Shown: positions 10,093 to 19,051 of the stretch, piece after piece
Numbering within the stretch: the first letter of the stretch is position 1
Layout of the letters: each line of letters starts with the position of its first letter
IMG/VR virus record: IMGVR_UViG_3300017963_000188
Span: 1-64,000 of that record
Reading direction: 5' to 3' (one strand)
DNA length: 64,000 nt
Made by a program: the position numbers and the translations under genes
The notes under the pieces: model-generated
What the model saw: the letters and a program-made list of their open reading frames with translations, nothing else
What the model was told of the DNA's origin: nothing
The model's database searches: none

Positions 10093-10851
10093 ATGAGCAC
10101 ATTGCCAGAACGAAAAGAAGTAGAAGATCAGTTTAGTGAAGTGGTGGATTTCCACAAAGGTCAAGGACGAGGGAAATGGCAGTTACGGATACGACCAGAT
10201 ACTCCCTATGCTTGGTTTATCGCTGAGGATGTTTGCAAAATCCTTGGAATCAAGAACCAGGCTCAAGCTCTGAGAGCTTTAGATGAAGATGAAAAAGCCA
10301 TCATATCTATTGTAGATGATGGGGTTCCTCACAAACTCTCGATTATTTCAGAACCAGGGCTCTATAGCTTGATTCTTAGATCTAGAAAACCAGAAGCAAA
10401 ACCGTTTCGACGGTGGGTAACTCATGATGTTTTACCTACGATTCGAGCCACTGGTAGCTATGGGGCTTTGGAAAACCATCACAAAAAACTTCTTGAAGAG
10501 ATAGATAGGGCTCAGAATCAACTTAGAGCCCTCAAGGAGCACACCATTGAGCTTAAAGAAGCTCTCCCATCCCTAAAGGTTAGTTACGGTAGAAATGTCT
10601 TATACGCCCTTCTGAGGCATGTAGGAGTGCTTCAGTGGGATAACAAACCCAAGCCTGAATATCTTGAAAAAGGTTATTTTGTCATGGAGCCTCAGTCTCG
10701 ATATTCAAAGAAGAAAGACAGGTACAATTGGACCATGAAGTTGAAGGTAACGAAGAAGGGGCTCAGTTTTTTGAAAGAATTGGTACAGGAATGGGAAGTT
10801 GTCAAGGTTCCTCAGAATCAACTGCCAATGCAGAGTCGGAATAAAAAGTAA
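10093..10851 (+). CDS. Bro-N / KilA-C (ANT) phage antirepressor
   Basis: WFIAEDVCKILG, ISEPGLYSLILRSRKPEAKPFRRWVTHDVLPTIR; C-terminal GRNVLYALLR..P..EY.EKGYF..KVTKKG. Confidence 0.92.
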   Translation: MSTLPERKEVEDQFSEVVDFHKGQGRGKWQLRIRPDTPYAWFIAEDVCKILGIKNQAQALRALDEDEKAIISIVDDGVPHKLSIISEPGLYSLILRSRKPEAKPFRRWVTHDVLPTIRATGSYGALENHHKKLLEEIDRAQNQLRALKEHTIELKEALPSLKVSYGRNVLYALLRHVGVLQWDNKPKPEYLEKGYFVMEPQSRYSKKKDRYNWTMKLKVTKKGLSFLKELVQEWEVVKVPQNQLPMQSRNKK

Positions 10852-10940
10852 CATTTACACACTTATGTCTATGGGACAATTCCCCTATATATAAAATAGA
10901 TAAATAAAATACATATAGAAATATAGAATTGCCCTCGTCC

Positions 10941-10980
10941 ACAAAACCCCATGAAACTCCACGAAACTCCACGAAACTCC
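10941..10980 (+). repeat. 10-bp tandem repeat (A(C/T)GAAACTCC x3 plus one degenerate copy)
   Basis: acaaaacccc atgaaactcc acgaaactcc acgaaactcc in an intergenic region. Confidence 0.8.
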
Positions 10981-11049
10981 AAATCTTTATAAAAAATAAA
11001 GAGAAGTATAGTCTTAGAGTGTTGATTATTTTTCACCAAGGAGGTTCAA

Positions 11050-12078
11050 ATGTCAATCAATGTGAAGTTTGGGGAACTTGAAATCAGTAACCTTACAATG
11101 CCACAACTAAATGAAATAATACCACAATTTAAAGATATGATGGGGAGTTCACCATCGGTAGATAAATCAAAACTCAAACCTAAGCCTGTTATACCTGAGC
11201 CTGAGCCTGAGCTTGAGCTTGAGCCTAAATCTGATCCCATCATAGTAAAACCTGCTGGTCGTAAGAGAGGGAGGAAACCAAAATTGAAAAAAAATGAACC
11301 AATACTCCCTGGGATGGGGTGTCAGATATGTGGTGAGGAAACCAAGGGACGACGATTATGTGCGGTGCATCATCAAGAGTATGAACGATCTATTGTGAGG
11401 ATGGATCTTAGAGGATGGGCTAAAGCTAACAATATTACCAACCTTTCTAATCTTGATACTCGTTCTCGTACATGTTCAATATCTCTTAGTGAAGAATTGA
11501 TACAAATCAATGGTCGATTCTATGACCTTAGAATGATTGGAGACCCAAGTTTCATAGAAAGACTCCATGAAGTTACCAAGGGGTGGAAAAAACATATGTT
11601 TTATACCACTAAAGAAATTAGACCATATATACCAAAAATCATGAAACGCTTTGCAGTGAAGATTGGGAAACTACCATCTATTGATATACATAGAGAAGGA
11701 ATTGTGGTGAAAAATATGATGGTAGATGAGAATACAGGGAAAGTTAAAGGGGGAAAAGTCATCCCATTTATTTCGGATTCAGTGATTGATAAAACACATA
11801 TTTTGCACAAAGGAGTTAAAAGACAAGTTGATAATGCATTCCGTCTCACTCCAGAAGCATTGGTTTCAGATCAATTTGAAAAAATGAGTTATATTCCTAA
11901 ACGATTCAAAACAAAACCTATTTTGACAAGAGATATTACAGGAAAAGTTTTGCCAAAAGAGTCCACTGGAGCAAGAAAGATCATTGTTGAAGGTCTATAC
12001 GGTATCTACAAAGAATATGCAGTGTGGAAAGTAGAAAATCGTTACGCTTGTCTTTATATTGAAGATCCCAAGCTATAA
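11050..12078 (+). CDS. hypothetical basic protein with PEPE linker and C2-CH zinc finger
   Basis: AGGAGG RBS; CQICG..LCAVHH; AT-hook-like GRKRGRKPK. Confidence 0.7.
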   Translation: MSINVKFGELEISNLTMPQLNEIIPQFKDMMGSSPSVDKSKLKPKPVIPEPEPELELEPKSDPIIVKPAGRKRGRKPKLKKNEPILPGMGCQICGEETKGRRLCAVHHQEYERSIVRMDLRGWAKANNITNLSNLDTRSRTCSISLSEELIQINGRFYDLRMIGDPSFIERLHEVTKGWKKHMFYTTKEIRPYIPKIMKRFAVKIGKLPSIDIHREGIVVKNMMVDENTGKVKGGKVIPFISDSVIDKTHILHKGVKRQVDNAFRLTPEALVSDQFEKMSYIPKRFKTKPILTRDITGKVLPKESTGARKIIVEGLYGIYKEYAVWKVENRYACLYIEDPKL

Positions 12079-12182
12079 ACAGAAAGTGGGGGTACAGTAA
12101 AGAGGTGATGGTAGGGTAACTCCTGTATCGGTTAAAGTGACTAACCGTCTAATTGCTAGCAAAGTAAAAAAGGAATGGAGTC

Positions 12183-12389
12183 GTGACACCTAGAATCCAG
12201 TTCATATTGAATCTATTTGAGTATCAGGTCATTGACCAATATTGTTCTCTTGAAGACTATGCTAAGCAACTTCAAGAATGGTTGATTGGTTTTGGTGGGG
12301 TGCTTGATGCTCATGTAATACCTGAAACCCCCAACTATCTTAAAATCCTTGTGAGAACAGAACCATTTGGAGGATGGATACAGCTATGA
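12183..12389 (+). CDS. hypothetical protein
   Basis: GTG start with GGAG RBS. Confidence 0.55.
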   Translation: MTPRIQFILNLFEYQVIDQYCSLEDYAKQLQEWLIGFGGVLDAHVIPETPNYLKILVRTEPFGGWIQL

Positions 12390-12691
12390 AATACCTACAA
12401 GTAGAAATGGAAGATGGGTCAAAATGGGCAGTCCCAGTATATGTCATTGCTCGAAACAGAGCTATAGCCTACAAATCAGAATTTGATGACAACATAGAAT
12501 TGTCACTCGAATCTGATACCATGCCTCTGTTCGATTCTGATCCATTTGAAATTGAGGATTGGGCTGTCAATAACATGGATTGGAAAGATGTTGAGGAATT
12601 TGCTGTGTGTATCTCACAGCCAGAACCTGATTATGAAGAGGGGTGGACAAACGGACCTAAAACCATAATTGATGAAAGTGAAGTACCATGA
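12386..12691 (+). CDS. hypothetical protein
   Basis: GGAGG RBS, ATGA overlap. Confidence 0.7.
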   Translation: MKYLQVEMEDGSKWAVPVYVIARNRAIAYKSEFDDNIELSLESDTMPLFDSDPFEIEDWAVNNMDWKDVEEFAVCISQPEPDYEEGWTNGPKTIIDESEVP

Positions 12692-12984
12692 AGATATTTG
12701 ATAGGGTACATTTCAGAATTCTTGCTGCTTTTGTTCTTGGTTTTGCTGCTGCTATTGCCGTAACAACAATAGTCAGAAACCAATATGGGTTAGAGGCATG
12801 GGTACAATTTTTGAGAGAGAATTGGGAGTCATGGGAGACATGGAAGAGTATTGTTTCTTTAGGATTCATCTCATATTTCATGGTATATCTTCTCAAAGTG
12901 AAGACTATTCCTGTGACTCTTCATAGAATCAAAAAAGAAGATTGGGATAAGATGCAAGAGGATCTTCATGAGTGGGAAAGATAA
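12688..12984 (+). CDS. small membrane protein
   Basis: two hydrophobic segments. Confidence 0.65.
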   Translation: MKIFDRVHFRILAAFVLGFAAAIAVTTIVRNQYGLEAWVQFLRENWESWETWKSIVSLGFISYFMVYLLKVKTIPVTLHRIKKEDWDKMQEDLHEWER

Positions 12985-13252
12985 AGTAGTCTACATGATC
13001 CAAAAGGAGTTGAACAAGTATGCAGAATATTCTTGTTCTCTACCCACTGGTCAATCTTTAGGGAAGAAATGGGTTCGTAACCAAAGCTTCCTTCTCCCTG
13101 CTGACCATCCAAAAAAACATATCGGTGACTGGTGGCTGGGTGAATATGTTCCTGACCCAGACCCAAAGATGATTGGTGTTCGATGGGTTCCAATTGAAGT
13201 GGTCGATGTTTGGGGAAAGGTTGATTATAAACCAGGAAAGGTACTTGTATGA
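12968..13252 (+). CDS. hypothetical protein
   Basis: ORF in operon. Confidence 0.65.
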   Translation: MSGKDKVVYMIQKELNKYAEYSCSLPTGQSLGKKWVRNQSFLLPADHPKKHIGDWWLGEYVPDPDPKMIGVRWVPIEVVDVWGKVDYKPGKVLV

Positions 13253-13467
13253 TCAAGACAAGAGAAATAAAAACATCAATTGGAAAACCATTGGTTAGGG
13301 ATAATGACAAAATTGTACTGTCTATCCTAGAGTCTTGGGATTTATCAAACCTAGATGAAAAGGATAGTGGTAGAATATTACGTTTGTTGAACCGACTAGA
13401 TCTGGTTTATAAAGATAGAGTTCGGAAACTTCAATACAAAATCTATACTTCCCAGGAAAGGGTTTGA
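13249..13467 (+). CDS. hypothetical protein
   Basis: ORF in operon. Confidence 0.6.
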   Translation: MIKTREIKTSIGKPLVRDNDKIVLSILESWDLSNLDEKDSGRILRLLNRLDLVYKDRVRKLQYKIYTSQERV

Positions 13468-13468
13468 T

Positions 13469-14494
13469 ATGATAGAAAAGATATTCACATTGGAAACTAC
13501 TCAATATTCAACAGCACCTTCAATTTATTTGGCAGGACCTACATATAGAATTATTGATGGTGCAGAACCACCTATAGGGTGGAGAAATAAAGCATCACAG
13601 ATTCTTGAGTCGTGGGAAGGAGCTGTTTATATCCCTGAATGGAGAGGTGGGGTGAAGCCAGAGGGGTGGACTTATAGCAGGCAGGTGGATTGGGAAATGC
13701 AGGCTATGGAGAATGCCACAGTAATTTTGTTTTGGATACCAAGGGAACTTCCAGTTCTCCCAGCCTTTACCACCAATATAGAGTTTGGAGAATTTCTACA
13801 GACTGGAAAGATTGTGGTGGGAGCCCCTAAGGACGCTCCAAACAATCGTTATATATTTGAACGTTGTTCTAGAAGTAATGTCCCTACCAGCCATGACCTC
13901 GAAACTTGTGTGTTGCAAGCCATCAACTTGGTCAAGAGATTACGGGGAGAGATTGATACGGTACATTTCACTGCTGATACTCATTTCAATCATAAAAGAA
14001 CTCTAGAACTATCAAGACGACCATTTTCCAGTGTTCTAGAGATGAATTCTATGATGATTTACTACTGGAACGGGGTAGTATCTAGAAATGGTACTGTGTA
14101 TCATCTTGGTGATTTTGGTGACCCTTCATATATTGAACATCTGAATGGGAAAAAGATCTATATAGTTCCTGGAAACTATGACAAACCAGAGATCCTTGAA
14201 ACTTTGACCAAAGACCCAAGGGTAGAGATTCTTGGTCCACGTAGTTCTTACCATATCGATAACAACTACTTTACCTTGATTCATGCCCCTGAAGATGGGA
14301 AAGATGTGAATATGTTCTATCTCTATGGGCATATCCATAAGCTACAAATGGTGAAAATGAATGGACTCAACGTGGGGGTAGATTGTCACAACTTCACACC
14401 AATAGATGAAAATGAGGTGATGTTCTATCGAAGTGCTGTGATGCAACATTATGATGACAACGTGTTCACGCTAGGTATGGGGATGAACACTTAA
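13469..14494 (+). CDS. nucleoside 2-deoxyribosyltransferase-like domain fused to a calcineurin-like metallophosphoesterase
   Basis: N-terminal IYLAGP..WR..QVDWE..ATVILFWIP..TTNIEFG; C-terminal ADTHFNH, HLGDF, GNYD, YGHIH, NVGVD. Confidence 0.85.
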   Translation: MIEKIFTLETTQYSTAPSIYLAGPTYRIIDGAEPPIGWRNKASQILESWEGAVYIPEWRGGVKPEGWTYSRQVDWEMQAMENATVILFWIPRELPVLPAFTTNIEFGEFLQTGKIVVGAPKDAPNNRYIFERCSRSNVPTSHDLETCVLQAINLVKRLRGEIDTVHFTADTHFNHKRTLELSRRPFSSVLEMNSMMIYYWNGVVSRNGTVYHLGDFGDPSYIEHLNGKKIYIVPGNYDKPEILETLTKDPRVEILGPRSSYHIDNNYFTLIHAPEDGKDVNMFYLYGHIHKLQMVKMNGLNVGVDCHNFTPIDENEVMFYRSAVMQHYDDNVFTLGMGMNT

Positions 14495-14504
14495 AGGAAA
14501 AAGA

Positions 14505-14729
14505 ATGGAAAGACAATATGTAGACACACCAGAAGGGATGCTAGAACTCCTTGAGAAATTTGAAGGTGAGGAGTGCTATAAAGTTCAACATTCAATGTTG
14601 TATGGTTTTATTGTAGGTGATACCGAATATGTTATTCGTTATATACATTTAGCTGGATCTGGTAGAAGTAGAGGAGAGAAGTTCATGATCGTTTTTCAAA
14701 AATTACCAGAAAGAGAAAGTGATGATTGA
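14505..14729 (+). CDS. hypothetical protein
   Basis: ORF in operon. Confidence 0.6.
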   Translation: MERQYVDTPEGMLELLEKFEGEECYKVQHSMLYGFIVGDTEYVIRYIHLAGSGRSRGEKFMIVFQKLPERESDD

Positions 14730-15129
14730 ACAATTTCCGGTACGTCTCATTTGTTGTGGTGATGGGAACATTTCAAAAATCTATGTAGAAGAGAGGGGAA
14801 AAGTATCTGATCCTGAGACTCTAAAGGCACATGTTGAGAGATGGAAAGTGCTCTGGGAATGGGGAGAAGGGACTGAAGAAGAACAGCAACTAGCTTCAGG
14901 GAATTATGATCCAGAAAAGGTTTATGAGTGTTTTCGTAAACATTCAAGAACAACTCATTGTGGATGTACCACACCTTCCTGTCATGCCATGCACATTGTA
15001 CTTCCATTGATTTTTGTACCTTCATTCAATTTGAGTCAAAAATATGGGGTATGTTTTGACATAGCTTTTTTCAGAGTTCTAGAAGTTAAGGGGGCTATCA
15101 CAGATGATGACCGAGCAAACTTCTATTAA
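14719..15129 (+). CDS. hypothetical protein
   Basis: ORF in operon. Confidence 0.65.
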   Translation: MMIEQFPVRLICCGDGNISKIYVEERGKVSDPETLKAHVERWKVLWEWGEGTEEEQQLASGNYDPEKVYECFRKHSRTTHCGCTTPSCHAMHIVLPLIFVPSFNLSQKYGVCFDIAFFRVLEVKGAITDDDRANFY

Positions 15130-15156
15130 AAATCAAAACCAGTATAGTTCTATAGG
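15127..15156 (+). promoter_or_regulatory. probable promoter of the AAAAAT..AGTATAGTTCTAT class
   Basis: AGTATAGTTCTAT also occurs before the ORFs at 15443 and 20194. Confidence 0.55.
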
Positions 15157-15177
15157 GGGGAAATAAAGGAGTGGCTA

Positions 15178-15318
15178 ATGAAATTTTCGACCTATTCTTA
15201 CGGTGCTAGAGAACCAACAAATAAACCTATTGTTGAAGAGCAACTTTCTTTAGCCCATAAATATTACAATACACTGGTAGAGATTGAACTAGGAGGCTTA
15301 GTATTCATGACGCTATAG
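15178..15318 (+). pseudogene. truncated N-terminal fragment of a type V-M (Cas12m / V-U1) or TnpB-derived effector, fused to a CRISPR repeat
   Basis: AAGGAG RBS; translates MKFSTYSYGAREPTNKPIVEEQLSLAHKYYNTLVEIELGGLVFMTL*, matching my recollection of the Y.YG...P...EQL.LAH.Y.N.LVEIE start of V-U1 effectors; reading continues into repeat sequence. Confidence 0.6.
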
Positions 15319-15383
15319 AACACGGTATCAAGACCGTAGACGAAACTGTTGAAATGCCAGCATGGAGGCTTAGTATCCATGAC
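15292..15383 (+). CRISPR. minimal CRISPR array: partial repeat, 36-nt spacer, full 36-nt repeat
   Basis: full repeat GTTGAAATGCCAGCATGGAGGCTTAGTATCCATGAC (15348-15383) with CATGGA/TCCATG stem; 15292-15311 matches its last 20 nt at 19/20; spacer 15312-15347. Confidence 0.65.
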
Positions 15384-15442
15384 GTGGGCCTTGTGTAGTT
15401 ATGATTATGGACAACATAAAAATATAGAGTTAGTATAGTTCT

Positions 15443-15667
15443 ATGGGAGAAAATAAAAATGGGATATGCTGGGGAAAGACTTTGTTCATAATGGACTACA
15501 CAGTTTCAGTTCTGATTGTACCTGACTCTAGAGTAGACTCGTCTCAACTTGTAGAGACAATAAGATCTATAGCTGACGAACTTGGGTATGATGAATCATT
15601 GAAAAGTGACCCATTGTATTTGGCACGGCACATTCGAGGTAGATGTCTATACGAACTAGGAGAATGA
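15443..15667 (+). CDS. hypothetical protein (start uncertain)
   Basis: ORF downstream of an AGTATAGTTCTAT motif. Confidence 0.5.
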   Translation: MGENKNGICWGKTLFIMDYTVSVLIVPDSRVDSSQLVETIRSIADELGYDESLKSDPLYLARHIRGRCLYELGE

Positions 15668-15668
15668 G

Positions 15669-16046
15669 ATGCACAAAGTTGAAGTGACGGTACACAAAGA
15701 CATTCTGGTAATCACAACCAATGATGAAGTGGAGTGTGAAGGTTGGGTCCCAGCAGGTGACGGGAAGATTGGATGTGTACTGATCGACACTAAGGGGAAG
15801 CTAGGTATCAGTGAAGAAGCTCTGGCTTGGCTCAAGAGTGTGGAAAAGAGCTGTGATGCTATCGGAGATGTAGATGCATGGAAATCTGATGATGGACCAT
15901 GCTTCTCATGGCTGGGAGGCCCAAATTCGTTAAAGCAAAGAGGCTGCACTGGAAGTAGGGGGTATAATACATCCTGTCTCGAATATGACATCATCCCCAA
16001 TCAAGTTCCTGAAGAGGCTGTGAAAGTTATTGAGGAGAATACATGA
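15669..16046 (+). CDS. hypothetical protein
   Basis: AGGAG RBS. Confidence 0.7.
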   Translation: MHKVEVTVHKDILVITTNDEVECEGWVPAGDGKIGCVLIDTKGKLGISEEALAWLKSVEKSCDAIGDVDAWKSDDGPCFSWLGGPNSLKQRGCTGSRGYNTSCLEYDIIPNQVPEEAVKVIEENT

Positions 16047-16693
16047 AAATAGTTAAGGAGGGTAGGCCCCAGAAGGGATGGGCAAAAGAATTCAAATGTA
16101 CCGGGAAGGGAAATGGTGATGGTGGATGTGGAGCTGTCCTTCTGGTAGAGAAGGGAGACTTATTCCATACCTATCGGAGCTTTATGGGTCGGGAAGAGGA
16201 ATGGTATACCACATTTGAATGTCCTTGCTGTAAGGTTCTCACCGATATCCAAACACCATTCCAATCTAGTGAACTTCCACATTACAAGGAATGGAAATCT
16301 AAACTTCCAGAATCAAACTACAGACCTGTGGCTAAGGGAAATATCCAAGGGGATCTGTTACGAAGTATGAATCATATCCTAGAAATCTATGAAGATAAAG
16401 ATAATGCAATGGTCAGGATTATCACTGATGGTTCTGACATTAATTTAGAAGAAATCAGGAAAATCATACCTCTAACGGTAGGTATTGAAATAGCAAATAG
16501 TCATGAATTTATGATTCTTTACAATGATGATCGTATGGGTCGTTGTAATACCAACTGTGAGCATAATCATCATTGTGCTTTGAATCGATCTTCCTACAGT
16601 TCAGAGCAACGGCATATCCCTAAATTAGGAATAGATGTTAGTCCTGATGGTGAAATACGGTTGGTCTGTCAAGACAAAATAGAAAGGCTTTGA
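16043..16693 (+). CDS. hypothetical protein with N-terminal zinc ribbon
   Basis: CTGKGNGDGGCGA...CPCC. Confidence 0.7.
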   Translation: MKIVKEGRPQKGWAKEFKCTGKGNGDGGCGAVLLVEKGDLFHTYRSFMGREEEWYTTFECPCCKVLTDIQTPFQSSELPHYKEWKSKLPESNYRPVAKGNIQGDLLRSMNHILEIYEDKDNAMVRIITDGSDINLEEIRKIIPLTVGIEIANSHEFMILYNDDRMGRCNTNCEHNHHCALNRSSYSSEQRHIPKLGIDVSPDGEIRLVCQDKIERL

Positions 16694-16694
16694 T

Positions 16695-16904
16695 ATGTTG
16701 GATTTATTGCAAAATATGAGTTTTGGGAGGAAGATTGAAACTGGAGATGGGGAAAAGGTGATTGTGGTTCAAGATGGAGTGGGCTACAATTTTGAAGCTG
16801 GAGTCAAATTCAATCTGGTTGTCAAAGAAACAGACATGAACAATGAGAAGTATATGGTTCCTGTCTTTATGGTTATGGAATATCTACCCAAGAAGGAGGG
16901 ATGA
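16695..16904 (+). CDS. hypothetical protein
   Basis: ORF in operon. Confidence 0.6.
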   Translation: MLDLLQNMSFGRKIETGDGEKVIVVQDGVGYNFEAGVKFNLVVKETDMNNEKYMVPVFMVMEYLPKKEG

Positions 16905-17350
16905 TGGGAACAAGCACTGATGCATATCTCTACTATGGTTTCAGCCTCGATGAAGGTGAACTAGAAGAGATTTGTGAAAAAGATACAGGTAAAGATTATT
17001 TTGAAGATGATTTTGAAGAATGGCTCTGTGGGAAGATAGGAGGCCCTTCAAGACTTGACGTTGAATATGAAGGCAACGAAGCTGTTTACGAGAAGTATTT
17101 GGATGAGAAACGGGAATTTATGGAAGCTTTAGATGTGGAGATCAAATCTCACTGTAGCTGTGATTACCCTATCTATTTTGTTCATATCAAAGAATCATAC
17201 TCATGGGCATGGAGGGGTGAGCCACATCGTTTCGGTACTCAACTTCCAGTCACAAATCCTGGATGGGATGAAAAGATAAAAGAATTCTGTAAGAAACTTT
17301 ACATTCCGTTTCGAGAACCGGGATGGGAACTAGCCTCAATGTGGTGTTGA
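16901..17350 (+). CDS. hypothetical protein
   Basis: AGGAGG RBS. Confidence 0.7.
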   Translation: MMGTSTDAYLYYGFSLDEGELEEICEKDTGKDYFEDDFEEWLCGKIGGPSRLDVEYEGNEAVYEKYLDEKREFMEALDVEIKSHCSCDYPIYFVHIKESYSWAWRGEPHRFGTQLPVTNPGWDEKIKEFCKKLYIPFREPGWELASMWC

Positions 17351-17542
17351 AAATGGAGTCACAAGATTTAATCACAAGGGTGGTGCTCAAAAAATGGGGC
17401 AGTACCTACACCAATAGTGTCTATTGGGTCAAAGGTATCAGGATACTACAGACAATGTACCGACGAAAAGAAGGAAAGTTGTAGATATTCCTTTTTTATT
17501 TCCCTTGATATAGATGTGTTTCTGAAATTCTAGAAAAGGGAA

Positions 17543-18547
17543 ATGACAATGTATAGATATTCAAGATCATGGTTTGAGGTTGGTGATTATATAAAGCAAG
17601 AGCTACGTGACATGACAACTTGGGCTCTTGTCATTGGTAAGCTAAAGAATGGTGCAGAGAAGGTCATAGCCGTTGATTCTGATCGAGGAATACCTGCTAT
17701 CAGATCTACCAGTGGGTGGTATCCAAGTCCTGTTAGGATCGATGAATCTGAAATCCCTGAAAAGTTCCTAAAGAAGATTTTGAAGAAAAAGAATCAGGTT
17801 GGTGCTTCCAAACAAGCTAAAGATGTGACCTTCCCTGAGATGTGGAACAAGGTCAAGAAGGTATATGATCAGACCCAGAAGCAGATAGAAATGCTTCCTT
17901 GGCTTGGTGATGTGGAACTTATGGCAGCAGGTAGAGATGAATACTATACTGAGGATGTTAAAGAAATATATGATGAGATGATTAAGTATGAGGAAATACT
18001 AGAAGATTTCCTTGCAAGATATAAGGGATATCGTCCCGCTCACAAACAAAGCTCTGCCCTCAGAAAAATTGCTCAGGACATTGTAGTTAAAGAAGGTCTT
18101 TTCTTTGGTCCAAAGTTCAAAGAGAAAGGTATTAATCAAGTAGCTGGTGTATATAAAAAAGACCTCAAGAATTTCATTGAGAAGGAAATCCCTAAGAAAT
18201 ACCACCTCCCAGACCTAGCTGCTAATGTCTCTATTGATATAACCCCACATCCAGAATTCCTCATGTTCACTGTCAATGCAGAGGTATGGGATGAAGTGGG
18301 GAACAATAAGATCAGTGACATCACCATCAAAGCTGAAGGGGAAATAGACATTAGTGGGAAAGGTGAACTCGATATTTCCATGGTGGGTGCATACAGGCAT
18401 GAAACGATAGACACCAAAACAAAGAAAGAAGAGTTCAGCTTTGTGCCTGGAAAAGATGCTACTGATGCTGCACTGAAGGCTCTGGTAAAGAAAATAAAGA
18501 ATGTCCTTACCTGGGAAGGTGAGGGACTCTTTGCTATGTTTGACTAG
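17543..18547 (+). CDS. MYRY-leader multi-segment protein with internal KQA and LRKIA linkers
   Basis: MTMYRYSRSW; VGASKQA; KQSSALRKIAQD. Confidence 0.75.
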   Translation: MTMYRYSRSWFEVGDYIKQELRDMTTWALVIGKLKNGAEKVIAVDSDRGIPAIRSTSGWYPSPVRIDESEIPEKFLKKILKKKNQVGASKQAKDVTFPEMWNKVKKVYDQTQKQIEMLPWLGDVELMAAGRDEYYTEDVKEIYDEMIKYEEILEDFLARYKGYRPAHKQSSALRKIAQDIVVKEGLFFGPKFKEKGINQVAGVYKKDLKNFIEKEIPKKYHLPDLAANVSIDITPHPEFLMFTVNAEVWDEVGNNKISDITIKAEGEIDISGKGELDISMVGAYRHETIDTKTKKEEFSFVPGKDATDAALKALVKKIKNVLTWEGEGLFAMFD

Positions 18548-18807
18548 TGATAAAAGAACTCGTCCCAATATTCACAGAATACATCCCTGAAAATCTAGAA
18601 GAGGGAAATCTCTATATTTCAGATAAATATCAGACCTCAATCCATCTTTGTTGTTGTGGCTGTGGGAATCAGGTGGTAGTTACAGACCAATGGAAGATTC
18701 TTGTAGACGATGACAAGAAGGTGACTATCTCACCATCAATTGGTAATTGGAACTTTCCATGTAAGTCTCACTATTTTATCTGCAAAAACAAGGTAGTTTG
18801 GTTATAG
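18547..18807 (+). CDS. DUF6527-like protein
   Basis: HLCCCGCG..W..TISPSIGNW..PCKSHYFI. Confidence 0.75.
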   Translation: MIKELVPIFTEYIPENLEEGNLYISDKYQTSIHLCCCGCGNQVVVTDQWKILVDDDKKVTISPSIGNWNFPCKSHYFICKNKVVWL

Positions 18808-18889
18808 TCCAAATGGAACTTTGAAATCTGTTTCAATTTCCTGAAAAAATCCTTGTATATTCCAGTTATCCCAGAATATTCTAGAATAA

Positions 18890-18981
18890 CCAGCTTGCGC
18901 TGGGCTCATTAGAGCAGACCACTTGTACGGCTCGATTTGAGTCTTCCCCCCCAAGGGTCGGAGTCGGCAAGTGGTCTGCTC
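18890..18981 (+). ncRNA. candidate structured small RNA
   Basis: GC-rich intergenic; perfect 14-bp stem GAGCAGACCACTTG/CAAGTGGTCTGCTC extended by G-U-containing helices; 5' CCAGC/GCTGG hairpin. Confidence 0.45.
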
Positions 18982-19004
18982 ACCTTATTTTCCCAATTTA
19001 AAAA

Positions 19005-19033
19005 TTTAAAAATCTGAAAAGTTTCGGTATAGA
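19005..19033 (+). promoter_or_regulatory. phage promoter TTTAAA-N17-TATAGA
   Basis: exact consensus, then AGGAGGT and the ORF at 19052. Confidence 0.85.
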
Positions 19034-19051
19034 GTTGTAGGAGGTGACGAG

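Noticed and set aside
12080-12170. Possible riboswitch (TACAG/CTGTA and CGGTTA/TAACCG stems)
   Set aside because: Short stems only, with no recognisable aptamer consensus
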